DNA of 64,000 nucleotides from Candidatus Omnitrophota bacterium (GTDB lineage Bacteria; Omnitrophota; Gorgyraeia; Gygaellales; Profunditerraquicolaceae): NCBI GenBank assembly GCA_016208765.1, contig JACQXK010000065.1, positions 962 to 64,961 of the forward strand, read 5' to 3'. Shown piece by piece: positions 9,845 to 19,822 of this stretch (position 1 is its first letter; each line of letters starts with the position of its first letter). The notes under the pieces were generated by a model. It saw only the letters and a program-made list of their open reading frames with translations, ran no database searches and was not told where the DNA came from. The position numbers and the translations under genes were made by a program.

Positions 9845-11240
9845 GAATAAATACGATGCTGTTATTGTTGGTGGTGGCGTTAGCGGGCTTGTTTGCGGTT
9901 GTTATTTAGCTCGCGCTGGCCTCCAAACAATTTTATTTGAAAAAAATGCAAATGCTGGCGGTTATAGCGGTTCTTTTCTAAAAAAAGGATTTGTTTTTGA
10001 TGCTTGTGCACATGCGTTAGGTAGTTTGCGCGCAGGCGGTTTTATTGACCAAGTTTTAAAAGATTTAGAAATAAAGGACAGGCTCAAAATGAAGAGATAT
10101 GATCCTTCGGACATTGTTATTAGCAAGGATTTCAAATTGCATTTTTGGAGCGATATAGATAAGACTATCAGGGAATTTTCTGCTGTTTTCCCAAAAGAGG
10201 CTGAAAATATTAGTCGGTTTTTTAAGGATGTTATTGGGTTAAAGAATATTTCACTTGCACAACTAAAGTCAAAATCATTTAAAGATTTTCTTGACTCATA
10301 TTTTAAGGAAGAGAAATTGATAGCTGCTTTCTCCTTGCCTGTCTTAGGAAATACAAGTCTTTCAGCTTCAAAAATATCTGCTTATACTGCGGTGGCTTTA
10401 TACAAAGAGTTTATATTGGATGGAGGATATTATCCGGGGACAAAGATGCAGGATTTTGTAGATATCTTGGTAAAAAGATTTAAAGAATTTGGAGGAGAGA
10501 TCCTGCCATCTACTTTGGTAGAAAAAATATCTATAAAAGAGGGTAAAGTAGAAGGAGTTTATATAAACAAAGATGAATTTATACAATCTCGTTATGTGAT
10601 TTCTAATATAGATGCCCGGCAGACATTTTTGGATTTAGTAAAAGGGGAGATTGATATTAAATTCTCAGATCTCTTAAAAGACCTCGTTCCATCTTTATCA
10701 ATTTTTATTTTGTATCTTGGAACTGATGGGCAAATTAATTCAATTCCTTCGGGAGTTAATGTCTGGTTTCTGCCGAATTACGATGTGGAAAACATGTATA
10801 AAATTGCAGATAAGAAGACTGTTGATCAATCTGAATGGTTCATGGTGCGCCTTGCCCCAAACAAAAAAAGTATTACTATGTTAGTTACCTCTTCCTTTGA
10901 AAGCCCTGAATATTGGGCAGAAAATAAAAATAGATTGATTGATGTATTCATTAAAAAGATTGAACAGGTTATCCCTGATTTATCAAAGCATGTTTTATTC
11001 AAGGATGCGGCTACTCCAAATACTTTGTATAAATGGACATTGAATTACAGGGGAGCTGCGTATGGATGGGCAGGAGTTCCATCTCAATTTGCGGTTCCAG
11101 GGCTTTCTCAGTCAACTCCGATAAAAAATTTGTATTTAACCGGCCATTGGACCACGCTTGTTCAAGGTATCCCGGGTGTTGTGTATTTAGGTAGGGATAC
11201 TGCAACAATAATCTTAAACAGAGAGAAGATTAAAAAATGA
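9825..11240 (+). CDS. FAD-dependent oxidoreductase, phytoene desaturase (CrtI) family, paralogue 2
   Basis: Collinear paralogue of the preceding ORF (YDAVIVGGGVSGLVCGCYLARAGL...LYLTGHWTT). Start overlaps the upstream stop. Confidence 0.7.
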   Translation: MNSKIAKNKYDAVIVGGGVSGLVCGCYLARAGLQTILFEKNANAGGYSGSFLKKGFVFDACAHALGSLRAGGFIDQVLKDLEIKDRLKMKRYDPSDIVISKDFKLHFWSDIDKTIREFSAVFPKEAENISRFFKDVIGLKNISLAQLKSKSFKDFLDSYFKEEKLIAAFSLPVLGNTSLSASKISAYTAVALYKEFILDGGYYPGTKMQDFVDILVKRFKEFGGEILPSTLVEKISIKEGKVEGVYINKDEFIQSRYVISNIDARQTFLDLVKGEIDIKFSDLLKDLVPSLSIFILYLGTDGQINSIPSGVNVWFLPNYDVENMYKIADKKTVDQSEWFMVRLAPNKKSITMLVTSSFESPEYWAENKNRLIDVFIKKIEQVIPDLSKHVLFKDAATPNTLYKWTLNYRGAAYGWAGVPSQFAVPGLSQSTPIKNLYLTGHWTTLVQGIPGVVYLGRDTATIILNREKIKK

Positions 11241-13369
11241 ATTTATTTGCAATTGCAGGCTTGTCTTGTGGTATTTCTTGCGCAGTCTTGGCTTTCGTCG
11301 CATTACTATTCGGGAAGCTAAAGGTTCAAAGGTTGTTAGCTTATTTTAATATCGCTGTTGCTGTTTGGGGTTTTGGTTGTTTCTTTGTAGGTATAGCTAA
11401 TAATGAAGCAGCTGCAATATTTGGTTGGAAGTTTGCCCATATTGGAGGAGCCTTTGTTGCTGTTTTCTTCTTTCATATGATTTGTGAATTTTGCGGTGTT
11501 CGCCATAAGGCGCTTTTAATTTTTGGTTATGTTCAGGCAATAATTTTTAATTTAATTAGCTGGGGCTTGGATATTGCCGTAACAAAAACTAGATACGTAT
11601 ATGGCCTTTATTATAATGTTGCTAATTTTTATGTTATTTTTATAATTGTTGTTTATGTCCTTTTGGTTTCTTTGAGTTTTTTTGAAGTTGTTAAATTCTT
11701 TAAAAAGTCTAAAGGTGTTGCGCGGGTCCAGTCTTTGTACGTAATGATTGGTTTTGCTGTTGGTTTCATTGGAGGCACTTCAACATTCAGTCCGGAATTT
11801 AAGATTGACCTTTTGTATCCCCTTGGTAATTTTGGCATAGTTATATATTGTCTAATAGTTACCTACGCGATTTTAAAGCATCACGTTCTTGATATTAATG
11901 TTGCTGTTACTCGCGCAGGTATTTTCTTGGTTGTTAATTCGTTAGTTTTAGGCATCCCCTTCTGGATAGGCTATACAACCAAGTCCTGGTTTTTTGCCAC
12001 GAGTTTAGCTGCGGTTTTGGCGACGTTCGGGCCTTTTATCTACAGCTATTTGCGCCGGCACGCAGAACAAATTATTCTAAAAGAGCAGCATGCCTATCAG
12101 AGGGCTTTGCGTGAGCTTTCTGAGACAATGACTCATATCCGCGATTTGGATAAATTAATCAAGACCATTGTCTTGGAAGTCGTAGATTTGGTTAAGGTTA
12201 ATTTCTCTGCAATTTACATTAGAGATGATGTGCATAAAGCTTACAGGCTAAGGCAGTGTTATCCGCAAGACAAACAAGGCCTATTCCCAAAGTCCATATC
12301 TTTGGATTCATCTTTAGCAAAACGCCTTAATTTAAATAAACGCCCGATCTTCGGCGAAGAGGCAACCAAGCTTGAGAATATCGGCACAGACATAGGCATG
12401 GCAATCCCGTTATTTACCGATCAGGAGCTTTTGGGTTTTATGTTCCTGGGCCCGAAGCAGGGTAATCGCATATATACTTCTGATGACGTGCTTGTTTTTG
12501 AAACGCTTTCTTATTCCACAAGCCTTGCCATGGAAAATTGCCGTTTTTGGAAAGAGATAGAAGAGCGCCAGCGTTTTGCAAGAGTGCAGGAAATGAACAC
12601 ATTTTCGTATTCTCTTGCGCATGAAATAGATAATCCTATGACAATAATTATCGGGCAGGCTAATTTGCTGAAGAAATTTTTCCTAAAAGAAGTGGTTATG
12701 CCTGCTGAAAAACAAAAAGAAGCGGAAGAAGAATTGGGGTATATCTTAGAGGCGGCATGGAGGGTTTCCGGGATGGTGGATGCTATTCAGGATCTTGGGC
12801 AAAGGTCTTCCGGAGAATTTTCTTTGCTTAAAGTCAGCGATGTGGTGGATAGTTTTTGTAAGCTGTATCAACCTATCTTTAGGTCAAGTTCTGTTTATTT
12901 TACCAAGGAAGTTCCGGAAGATTTACCTTACGTAAGAGGCGTAAAGGCGGAACTTATGCAGATATTGGTGATTTTTTCAAATAACGCCATTCATGCCATG
13001 CTTGCCAGGCGCGATAAAGAGAAGAAAATTAACCTTAAGGTAGAGCTGCGTGATCCCGAGTGGATCCGTGTTTCAGTGAGCGATAACGGTTATGGGATAC
13101 CGGCGGAGAAACTTGAAATTATTTTTGCCCCGTTTGTAACTTCTAAGGCATCAACCGAAGGCACGGGCATGGGTTTATATAATGCGAAGAAAATTATTGA
13201 AAGGCACAAAGGCAGCATCTGGGCGGAGTCCGATGGAGAAAACAAGGGAGCTTCTTTTATTGTTGAGATCCCCGTTGCCAAGGATGTTACCGCAGAAGAG
13301 CTTAAAGGAAAAGAATTTAGAGGAAGGATACTTTTTGGGTTTGAAGAGGGAGGGAAAAATGGAAAATAA
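11237..13369 (+). CDS. membrane sensor histidine kinase (multi-TM sensor, GAF-like, HisKA, HATPase_c)
   Basis: 710 aa. H-box SYSLAHEIDNPMTII. N/G boxes NAIHAM...DNGYGIP...GTGMGLYNAKKIIERHKGSIWAE. Confidence 0.8.
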   Translation: MNLFAIAGLSCGISCAVLAFVALLFGKLKVQRLLAYFNIAVAVWGFGCFFVGIANNEAAAIFGWKFAHIGGAFVAVFFFHMICEFCGVRHKALLIFGYVQAIIFNLISWGLDIAVTKTRYVYGLYYNVANFYVIFIIVVYVLLVSLSFFEVVKFFKKSKGVARVQSLYVMIGFAVGFIGGTSTFSPEFKIDLLYPLGNFGIVIYCLIVTYAILKHHVLDINVAVTRAGIFLVVNSLVLGIPFWIGYTTKSWFFATSLAAVLATFGPFIYSYLRRHAEQIILKEQHAYQRALRELSETMTHIRDLDKLIKTIVLEVVDLVKVNFSAIYIRDDVHKAYRLRQCYPQDKQGLFPKSISLDSSLAKRLNLNKRPIFGEEATKLENIGTDIGMAIPLFTDQELLGFMFLGPKQGNRIYTSDDVLVFETLSYSTSLAMENCRFWKEIEERQRFARVQEMNTFSYSLAHEIDNPMTIIIGQANLLKKFFLKEVVMPAEKQKEAEEELGYILEAAWRVSGMVDAIQDLGQRSSGEFSLLKVSDVVDSFCKLYQPIFRSSSVYFTKEVPEDLPYVRGVKAELMQILVIFSNNAIHAMLARRDKEKKINLKVELRDPEWIRVSVSDNGYGIPAEKLEIIFAPFVTSKASTEGTGMGLYNAKKIIERHKGSIWAESDGENKGASFIVEIPVAKDVTAEELKGKEFRGRILFGFEEGGKNGK

Positions 13370-13751
13370 CCAGCAACTAAAATTATTAATTGTTGACGAC
13401 GAAAGCGCGATAGTGCATTTTACAAAAAAGATCTTTGACAAAAAAGGGTTTATTTCATTCGGGGCCACTGACGGCGCGTCTGCTGTTGAGGTCTTTAAGA
13501 AAGAACGGCCGCATATCTGCCTTATAGATATACACATGCCGTTTTCCCCTTTTGACGGAGTGGAAACCTTGAAGCAGATCAAGAAAATTGACCAGAATGC
13601 GGTTTGTCTTATGGTCTCGCGCATTACAGAAAAAGACAGGGTAACTGACTGCCGTAATTTCGGCGCTTTGGCGTATCTTTTAAAGCCTCTTGATTTTGAT
13701 GATTTGGATAGGGCTGTAGAAAAAGCAAGAGCTTATGTGAAAACCTCATAA
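13360..13751 (+). CDS. single-domain response regulator (CheY-like receiver)
   Basis: LLIVDDESAIVHF...D...K receiver pattern. ORF 13182..13751 trimmed to the ATG at 13360, after GAGGGAGGG. Confidence 0.75.
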
Positions 13752-13771
13752 AGACAACCGGAGAGATATAA

Positions 13772-14572
13772 ATGGCCAACCCCTTACCAAATGAAAAAGA
13801 ATTATTTGAGCAAATAGAGCAGGAGCGATTAGGTATTTCTGATGATATCTGGGACCTTCTCTATAATCGTATCGGAGATGATATTACTGCAATAAATTTG
13901 ATTTGCCAGTGCTCGCTTATGGATAATGAGGCCATCCCGATTAATGAAGCAAGGATGATTATCCAGCATACGCATCATATTAAAGATATTGTCAATCATG
14001 TTACACTGGCAAAAATTGATGATTTCCCTTTTCCTGAATTTTCTGAAAGCATGCCGTTAGACCCTGTCCTGCGGGAAATGTTGACGCATTATATAGGAAA
14101 CGATGTTTATATAATAAACCTGATTGTGCAGGATAGCATTGATCCTGCTGATCCTCATCCTGTGCCTCCTGAAGTGGTGAAAAAAATAGTTGAGCATGCA
14201 GGGACAGTTGCTGCTTTTATGAATAAATTATGCAGCGCGACATTACGTTTGGGCGATGGTTATTGCTTGCAGGATGATTTACAAAATAATGATTCTAAAC
14301 GCTCACATTTAAAAAAAGAATGGTCAAGGGGAGATGTTTTTATAAAAGTATCTAATGTTATTGTCAGAAATTTTAAATCTTGCGATCAGAAGAAAATTAA
14401 ACCGCAGTCGGATTTTATAAAAGATCTTGGTTTTGATCTGCCGGCTATATTAAAGCTTGTTGCTGTCTTAGAAAAGGTTTTTGGTTTTGAGATACAAAAA
14501 GAGGATATTAAAAAAGTCAGGATGATTGATGATTTGGTAGAGCATATTTACCATAAATTGAGCAATGCTTAG
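13772..14572 (+). CDS. hypothetical protein with two internal about 35-aa repeats and a degenerate ACP-like C-terminus
   Basis: Repeats GDDITAINLICQCS... and GNDVYIINLIVQDS... The C-terminal DFIKDLGFDLPAILKLVAVLEKVFGFEI resembles the acyl-carrier-protein motif but lacks the Ser (DSL becomes DLP). Confidence 0.5.
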   Translation: MANPLPNEKELFEQIEQERLGISDDIWDLLYNRIGDDITAINLICQCSLMDNEAIPINEARMIIQHTHHIKDIVNHVTLAKIDDFPFPEFSESMPLDPVLREMLTHYIGNDVYIINLIVQDSIDPADPHPVPPEVVKKIVEHAGTVAAFMNKLCSATLRLGDGYCLQDDLQNNDSKRSHLKKEWSRGDVFIKVSNVIVRNFKSCDQKKIKPQSDFIKDLGFDLPAILKLVAVLEKVFGFEIQKEDIKKVRMIDDLVEHIYHKLSNA

Positions 14573-16493
14573 TTTAGGAAGTATGGAGGGAAAGATGAGG
14601 AGAGTATTATTTTTTAGTTTGTTTGTTTTGTCAATGTCCATTGCCAATTTAGCCTTTGGGCAAGAATCTACTCATCTAATAGAACAAACTGCAAGTGAAA
14701 AGCCCAAGGCACAATCTGTCGTGCCGGTTACCCAGAATTCAAATAAAGTCTCTCTGGACATTAAAGGCATGGATATCACAGATGTTTTAAAAATGCTTGC
14801 TACCCGTTCAGGATATAATATTGTTATCGGAAAAAATGTTTCCGGCAGGGTAACGCTTTTTTTAAAAGACGTAGATGTGCAGGATGCTTTTGAGATTATA
14901 CTTTTGGCCAATGAACTGGCGTATGACCAGAAAGGCAAGATCATTAATGTAATGACGCAGCGTGATTACGAGTTGATTTATGGGGAGCGTTTTCAGGACA
15001 AAAAACAGGCAAAGGTCATCCGGCTTCTTTATGCAAAGGCTGCCGATCTGTCGCGGGCGCTGAACCAGATTAAAACAAATATCGGCAGGGTAGTGGTTGA
15101 CGAAGGCTCAAATACTCTTGTGTTGATTGATTCTCCTGTTGCTGTTAAATCAATGGAAGAGTTCATCAAGAAAACCGATTTGCCTTTACAAACAAGAATT
15201 TATTCCCTTAATTATGCGGCAGCAGAAAAAATCCAGCCAAAACTTCAGGAGATAATTACTAAAGGGGTTGGTTCAGTCAGGATTGATGAAAGGACAAACA
15301 AAATAGTGGTTACTGATTATCCTCAAAAACTTGATGAAATCTCTAAGATAATTCTTGCTTTTGATGAGAAGACGCCGCAGGTTTTGATTGACGCGCAAAT
15401 CGTGGAGATCAACCCGAAAAAAGACCAGTTTACCATGGGCGTTGACTGGGATTATTGGTTGCGCAAGAACGCGCGTTTTGCCGGTAACCTTCCTGCTCCG
15501 TCAATAACCGATGTGACGGTTATTCCAAATAAGTTTTCCTTTGGTTTGGCAGCAGCCAATGCTTTGATTTCCGGGCCGGGGCAGTATAAGGCAATGATAG
15601 AAATGTTGCGCGTGATCGGGGAAACAAAGATTCTATCCAGCCCCCGCATAATGGCTTTGAATAATCAGGAAGCCAAGATCTTGGTTGGTTCGCGCCAGGC
15701 TTATATCACTTCTACTACTACAGTAACTCAATCTAATCCGGTAACTACGCAGCAGGTAAATTTTGTTGACGTGGGATTAAAATTATATGTTACTCCTACG
15801 ATTAACCGCGATGGTTTTGTTACCATGAAGATCAGGCCTGAGATCAGCACAGCAAAGATGACTGATATTACTTCTGATGGCAAGGTTACACAGGTCCCAA
15901 TTGTTACAACTTCTGAAACTGAAACTACGATTATGGTTAAGGACAATACGACCATAATTATCGCCGGGATGAAGAAGGATCAGTTAAATAAAGAGGTAAA
16001 GAAGATCCCTTTTATCGGCGATATCCCTTTAATCGGGTATGCTTTCAGGAATACCAAAGATGAAGTTATTAAGACTGAGCTGGTTATTTTTCTTACCCCG
16101 CGAATTGTTTCAGGAGAAGAGACTATTGAATACACCAGTTCTACTCATGATAAAGATATTGTGCAGATACAGGAAATCGCCAAGGCGAATAATAAGCTTG
16201 ATAAGCCCTGGCAACAAGCCTCAAAAGGGGAGTATTACCTTCAATTAACAGAAAAGATTAACAAGTTTGCAAAGCTTAATCAGGCTGGAGGGAAAAAAGG
16301 CGAGGTGAGCCTGAAATTTGTAGTTTTAAAAGACGGGAAACTTGCCGGTGAGCCAAGAGTGATCCAGTCTACGGATGACGCGCTTTCTCCTTTGGCAATA
16401 AAGGCATTAAAAGACGCAGCACCCTTTGCGCCTTTACCCGAAGATACTCAGGTTCAGGAAGAGGCCTTTCGTATCAGCATCAATTATAATTAA
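14565..16493 (+). CDS. secretin (GspD/PilQ/MshL superfamily) with a C-terminal TonB_C-like extension
   Basis: Signal peptide, secretin N-domain, and secretin core (ILSSPRIMALNNQEAKILVG...IPFIGDIPLIGYAFRN...LVIFLTPRIV). An extra about 110-aa tail (GEVSLKFVVLKDGKLAGEPRVIQSTDDALSPLAIKALKDAAPFAPLPE) matches the TonB C-terminal fold pattern. Confidence 0.8.
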   Translation: MLSLGSMEGKMRRVLFFSLFVLSMSIANLAFGQESTHLIEQTASEKPKAQSVVPVTQNSNKVSLDIKGMDITDVLKMLATRSGYNIVIGKNVSGRVTLFLKDVDVQDAFEIILLANELAYDQKGKIINVMTQRDYELIYGERFQDKKQAKVIRLLYAKAADLSRALNQIKTNIGRVVVDEGSNTLVLIDSPVAVKSMEEFIKKTDLPLQTRIYSLNYAAAEKIQPKLQEIITKGVGSVRIDERTNKIVVTDYPQKLDEISKIILAFDEKTPQVLIDAQIVEINPKKDQFTMGVDWDYWLRKNARFAGNLPAPSITDVTVIPNKFSFGLAAANALISGPGQYKAMIEMLRVIGETKILSSPRIMALNNQEAKILVGSRQAYITSTTTVTQSNPVTTQQVNFVDVGLKLYVTPTINRDGFVTMKIRPEISTAKMTDITSDGKVTQVPIVTTSETETTIMVKDNTTIIIAGMKKDQLNKEVKKIPFIGDIPLIGYAFRNTKDEVIKTELVIFLTPRIVSGEETIEYTSSTHDKDIVQIQEIAKANNKLDKPWQQASKGEYYLQLTEKINKFAKLNQAGGKKGEVSLKFVVLKDGKLAGEPRVIQSTDDALSPLAIKALKDAAPFAPLPEDTQVQEEAFRISINYN

Positions 16494-16522
16494 AAAATTT
16501 TAAAAAAAGTTTAAATTCTTCC

Positions 16523-16550
16523 TTGACTTAACAGAAAAATATGGTAAACT
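16523..16550 (+). promoter_or_regulatory. candidate promoter of rplM-rpsI (TTGACT, 16 bp spacer, TAAACT), with the -10 embedded in a 10-bp inverted repeat
   Basis: Motifs read directly. The repeat arms are CAGAAAAATA (16532-16541) and TATTTTTCTG (16551-16560). Confidence 0.5.
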
Positions 16551-16584
16551 TATTTTTCTGTTGATTCTAAGGAAAGGTTTAAGT

Positions 16585-17016
16585 ATGAAAAAGACATTTA
16601 CAGCTAAAAAAGAGGATATTAAGAAAAGTTGGTATCTGGTGGATGCCAAAGATAAGGTTTTAGGAAGAGTTGCTGCTAAGGTAGCATCTGTCCTGCGGGG
16701 TAAACATAAGGTTATTTTTACTCCTTACCTTGATACCGGAGACGGTGTTATTGTAATTAATGCCGCTCAGATTAAGGTTACCGGAAGGAAATTAAAACAA
16801 AAGGTTTACCGCAGGTATTCAGGTTATCCGGGCGGGCTTAGAGAAGTAACCCTGGAGAATATGCTTGCAAAAAAGCCTACGACCGTATTTATGCTGGCAG
16901 TAAGGCGCATGCTTCCCGGAGGGCCTTTAGGAAGAGACTTAATTAAAAAATTAAAGATTTATGCTGATGATAAGCATTCGCATAAAGCACAAAATCCCGT
17001 TGTTTTGGAGGTTTAG
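16585..17016 (+). CDS. rplM: 50S ribosomal protein L13
   Basis: WYLVDAKDKVLGRVAAKVASVLRGKHK...YRRYSGYPGG. Trimmed to the ATG at 16585. Confidence 0.9.
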   Translation: MKKTFTAKKEDIKKSWYLVDAKDKVLGRVAAKVASVLRGKHKVIFTPYLDTGDGVIVINAAQIKVTGRKLKQKVYRRYSGYPGGLREVTLENMLAKKPTTVFMLAVRRMLPGGPLGRDLIKKLKIYADDKHSHKAQNPVVLEV

Positions 17017-17022
17017 TAAAAC

Positions 17023-17418
17023 ATGGAACAGACAACAAAATATTCAGCAGTAGGAAGGCGTAAAGAATCAGTGGCACGAATATATCTTTTGCCGGGTAAG
17101 GGCGATATCATGGTGAATAAAAAGCCTTATGATAAATATTTCTTGCGTGAAACGGACAGGATTTTGGGCAAACAGCCTTTAATTTTGACTAATAATGCGG
17201 ATAAATTTGATGTTTCTGCAAATCTTAAGGGGGGTGGACTTACCGGGCAGGCAGGAGCAATGAGGCTTGGTATTTCACGTGCACTTATTTTAGCGGATCC
17301 TTCATTAAAGGACATGTTGCGTAAGCAGGGATTCTTAACCAGAGACCCGAGAATGAAGGAACGCAAGAAATACGGACAGAAAGGGGCACGTAAGCGCTTC
17401 CAGTGGACTAAACGTTAG
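17023..17418 (+). CDS. rpsI: 30S ribosomal protein S9
   Basis: Conserved C-terminus GGGLTGQAGA...RDPRMKERKKYGQKGARKRFQWTKR. Confidence 0.9.
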   Translation: MEQTTKYSAVGRRKESVARIYLLPGKGDIMVNKKPYDKYFLRETDRILGKQPLILTNNADKFDVSANLKGGGLTGQAGAMRLGISRALILADPSLKDMLRKQGFLTRDPRMKERKKYGQKGARKRFQWTKR

Positions 17419-17442
17419 TTCTTAATTTTATATAGTTTTTTA

Positions 17443-17476
17443 AAAAAGTCCCGCTCGCGAAGCGGGATTTTTTTTG
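17443..17476 (+). terminator. rho-independent terminator after rpsI
   Basis: Stem CCCGCTCGCGAAGCGGG followed by a T8 run. Confidence 0.7.
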
Positions 17477-17546
17477 CCGTGCGCGACGAGAAAAAAACTT
17501 GCCCCGTTAGAAATATTGTGTTAAAATAAAATAATTCTATACGGGC

Positions 17547-17575
17547 TTGACGGAAAAGTTTTTTTACCTTAATAT
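17547..17575 (+). promoter_or_regulatory. candidate arg operon promoter (TTGACG, 16 bp spacer, TTAATAT)
   Basis: Motif match. An AT-rich TGAAT-containing stretch just downstream could be an ArgR box. Confidence 0.4.
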
Positions 17576-17622
17576 GTTATGAATTATCCCGATACATAAC
17601 GGGATTATGGAGGAAGCCTGAA

Positions 17623-18645
17623 ATGGTAAATGTTGGGATTGTGGGAGCAACCGGTTACACCGGAGAGGAACTAATAGATATCCTTTTAAATCACCCCAAT
17701 GCAAGAGTTACAAGTATTTCTTCAAGAAGCGGCACATCCCAGAAGATTTCTGAGATCTTTCCGAAATTTACAAATCGCACTGATTTAACCTGTGATCCAA
17801 TTAATGTAAAAGAGATTAATAAAAGCTGTGATATTGTTTTTCTCGCCCTCCCGCATACAGTTTCTATGGATCTGGTTCCGAATTTCCTCAAGGCCGGGAA
17901 AAAGGTTATTGATTTAAGCGCGGATTATCGCATAAAAAACCTTAAGACTTATGAAAAATATTATCAGCTTAAACATAAAGATGCAGAAAACGTGCCGATG
18001 GCAGTGTATGGTTTGCCGGAGATATATCGTTTAAAGATCCGGGATGCAAGGTTAATTGCTAACCCGGGTTGTTATCCGACAGTTGCTATTTTGTCTTTGG
18101 CTCCATTGGTTGCTTTTGGGCTGGTTGATCTGGATTCGCTAATCATTGATGCAAAGTCAGGAGTAACGGGTGCCGGCAGGAAATTAGCCGAAGGGTTTTT
18201 ATTCTCTGAGGTTAATGATGATTTTAAGGCTTACAAGGTAGGTACACATCAGCATGCTCCGGAGATTGATCAGGAGTTGTCAAAACTAGCAGGAAAGAAA
18301 ACAAAAGTTACTTTTGTGCCGCATCTTCTGCCTTTAAACAGGGGGATTTTGGCAACAATTTATGTTAATAAATCGCAAGCTGCATTACGCAAAAAGCAGA
18401 GCTTAATTGAGCTTTACAAGAAGTTTTATAAAAAAGAGCCTTTTGTCAGGATTAAAGAAGAAGGTAATTTCCCTAGGCTAAAAGATGTTGCCGGCACAAA
18501 CTTTTGCGATATCGCTGTGCATGATAGCGGCGACAAGATCATTGTAATTGGAGCAATTGATAATCTTCTAAAGGGCGCTTCCGGGCAGGCTGTGCAGAAT
18601 ATGAATATTATTTGTGGCTACCCGGAGACTGCAGGATTATTATGA
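17623..18645 (+). CDS. argC: N-acetyl-gamma-glutamyl-phosphate reductase
   Basis: VGIVGATGYTGEEL...NPGCYPT active-site region. Confidence 0.9.
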   Translation: MVNVGIVGATGYTGEELIDILLNHPNARVTSISSRSGTSQKISEIFPKFTNRTDLTCDPINVKEINKSCDIVFLALPHTVSMDLVPNFLKAGKKVIDLSADYRIKNLKTYEKYYQLKHKDAENVPMAVYGLPEIYRLKIRDARLIANPGCYPTVAILSLAPLVAFGLVDLDSLIIDAKSGVTGAGRKLAEGFLFSEVNDDFKAYKVGTHQHAPEIDQELSKLAGKKTKVTFVPHLLPLNRGILATIYVNKSQAALRKKQSLIELYKKFYKKEPFVRIKEEGNFPRLKDVAGTNFCDIAVHDSGDKIIVIGAIDNLLKGASGQAVQNMNIICGYPETAGLL

Positions 18646-19781
18646 AAGTTTTTAAAAAGGCGATTTTACCTTTAAAATTTAAAGCTAACGCAGTAGCCTG
18701 CGGGATTAAAAGAAAAAACAGGTTGGATTTGGCGCTTTTTTATTCAGAAGTCCCGGCTAAGGCGGCTGTAAAATTTACTTCTAATAAAATTCAGGCGGCA
18801 CCTTTGCAGCTGGCTAAAAATAATCTTAAGCTAAATTGCAATTTTCAGGCTATTATTGCTAATAGCGGGAATGCAAATTGTTTTACTGGAAAACCTGGCC
18901 TAAAGGATGCCCAGGAAACTCAGTCAATTTTGGCAAATGAGCTGGGAATAAAAAAAGAAGCTATTTTTGTTTCATCAACCGGAGTAATCGGGAAGCGACT
19001 TCAAATTGATAAAATTAAAATTGGGGTTCCCGAAGTAGTCAAGGGTTTGTCAATTTCAGGTATAGATAAAGCAAAGAAAGCAATCATGACCACCGATACT
19101 TTTACAAAAGAACTGACAGCGAAATTAAAACTCGGTGGCAAGATTGTTACGATTTGCGGCGTGGCTAAAGGCGCAGGGATGATTGCTCCTGATATGGCAA
19201 CGATGCTTTGTTATATTTTTACAGACATTGAGATTAGCAAAAAGCTTCTTGAACAGGCGCTGGATACTGCTGTAGAAAATTCATTTAACTGTATTACTGT
19301 TGACGGCTGTATGAGCACTAATGATACGGTAATTGTTTTGGCAAATGGCGCAGCAGGGAATAAGCCGGTAAATGCCTCAGGAATGGATTATAAAGAATTC
19401 TCTGATGGGGTTAATTTAATTTGCCTTGAATTGGCAAAGATGATGGTGCAAGATGCTGAGGGTGCTACAAAATTTATTCAGATAAAAGTAGCCGGCGCAA
19501 GAAATGCCCGGGATGCAAAAAAAGCAGCGCTTGCAATTGCCAACTCTAATCTTTTTAAGTGCGCGGTTTACGGAGAGAATCCAAATTTCGGCAGAATTGT
19601 TGCCGCTGTAGGCGCAAGTGGAGCGGAAGTTAAAGAGGAGTGTTTCAGGGTCAAGGTAAGTGACTTAAAAAAGAAAAATATTAATGTTGATGTGGATCTT
19701 AATATCGGAAAATCCGAGGCAGTGGTTTATTCGTCCGACCTGACCCCTGAATATATCAGGATCAATGCGGAATATAATTAG
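18643..19781 (+). CDS. argJ: bifunctional glutamate N-acetyltransferase / ornithine acetyltransferase
   Basis: ArgJ fold with the self-cleavage site ...ATMLCYIF. The ATG at 18643 overlaps the argC stop. Confidence 0.9.
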
Positions 19782-19822
19782 TTAATTGGTAGCTGATTGA
19801 ATTAATCAAGAAAAGAGGAACT

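Noticed and set aside
13182..13359. 5' extension of the response-regulator ORF into the histidine-kinase gene
   Set aside because: It overlaps the HK C-terminus out of frame. The ATG at 13360 has an RBS and starts right at the receiver domain.
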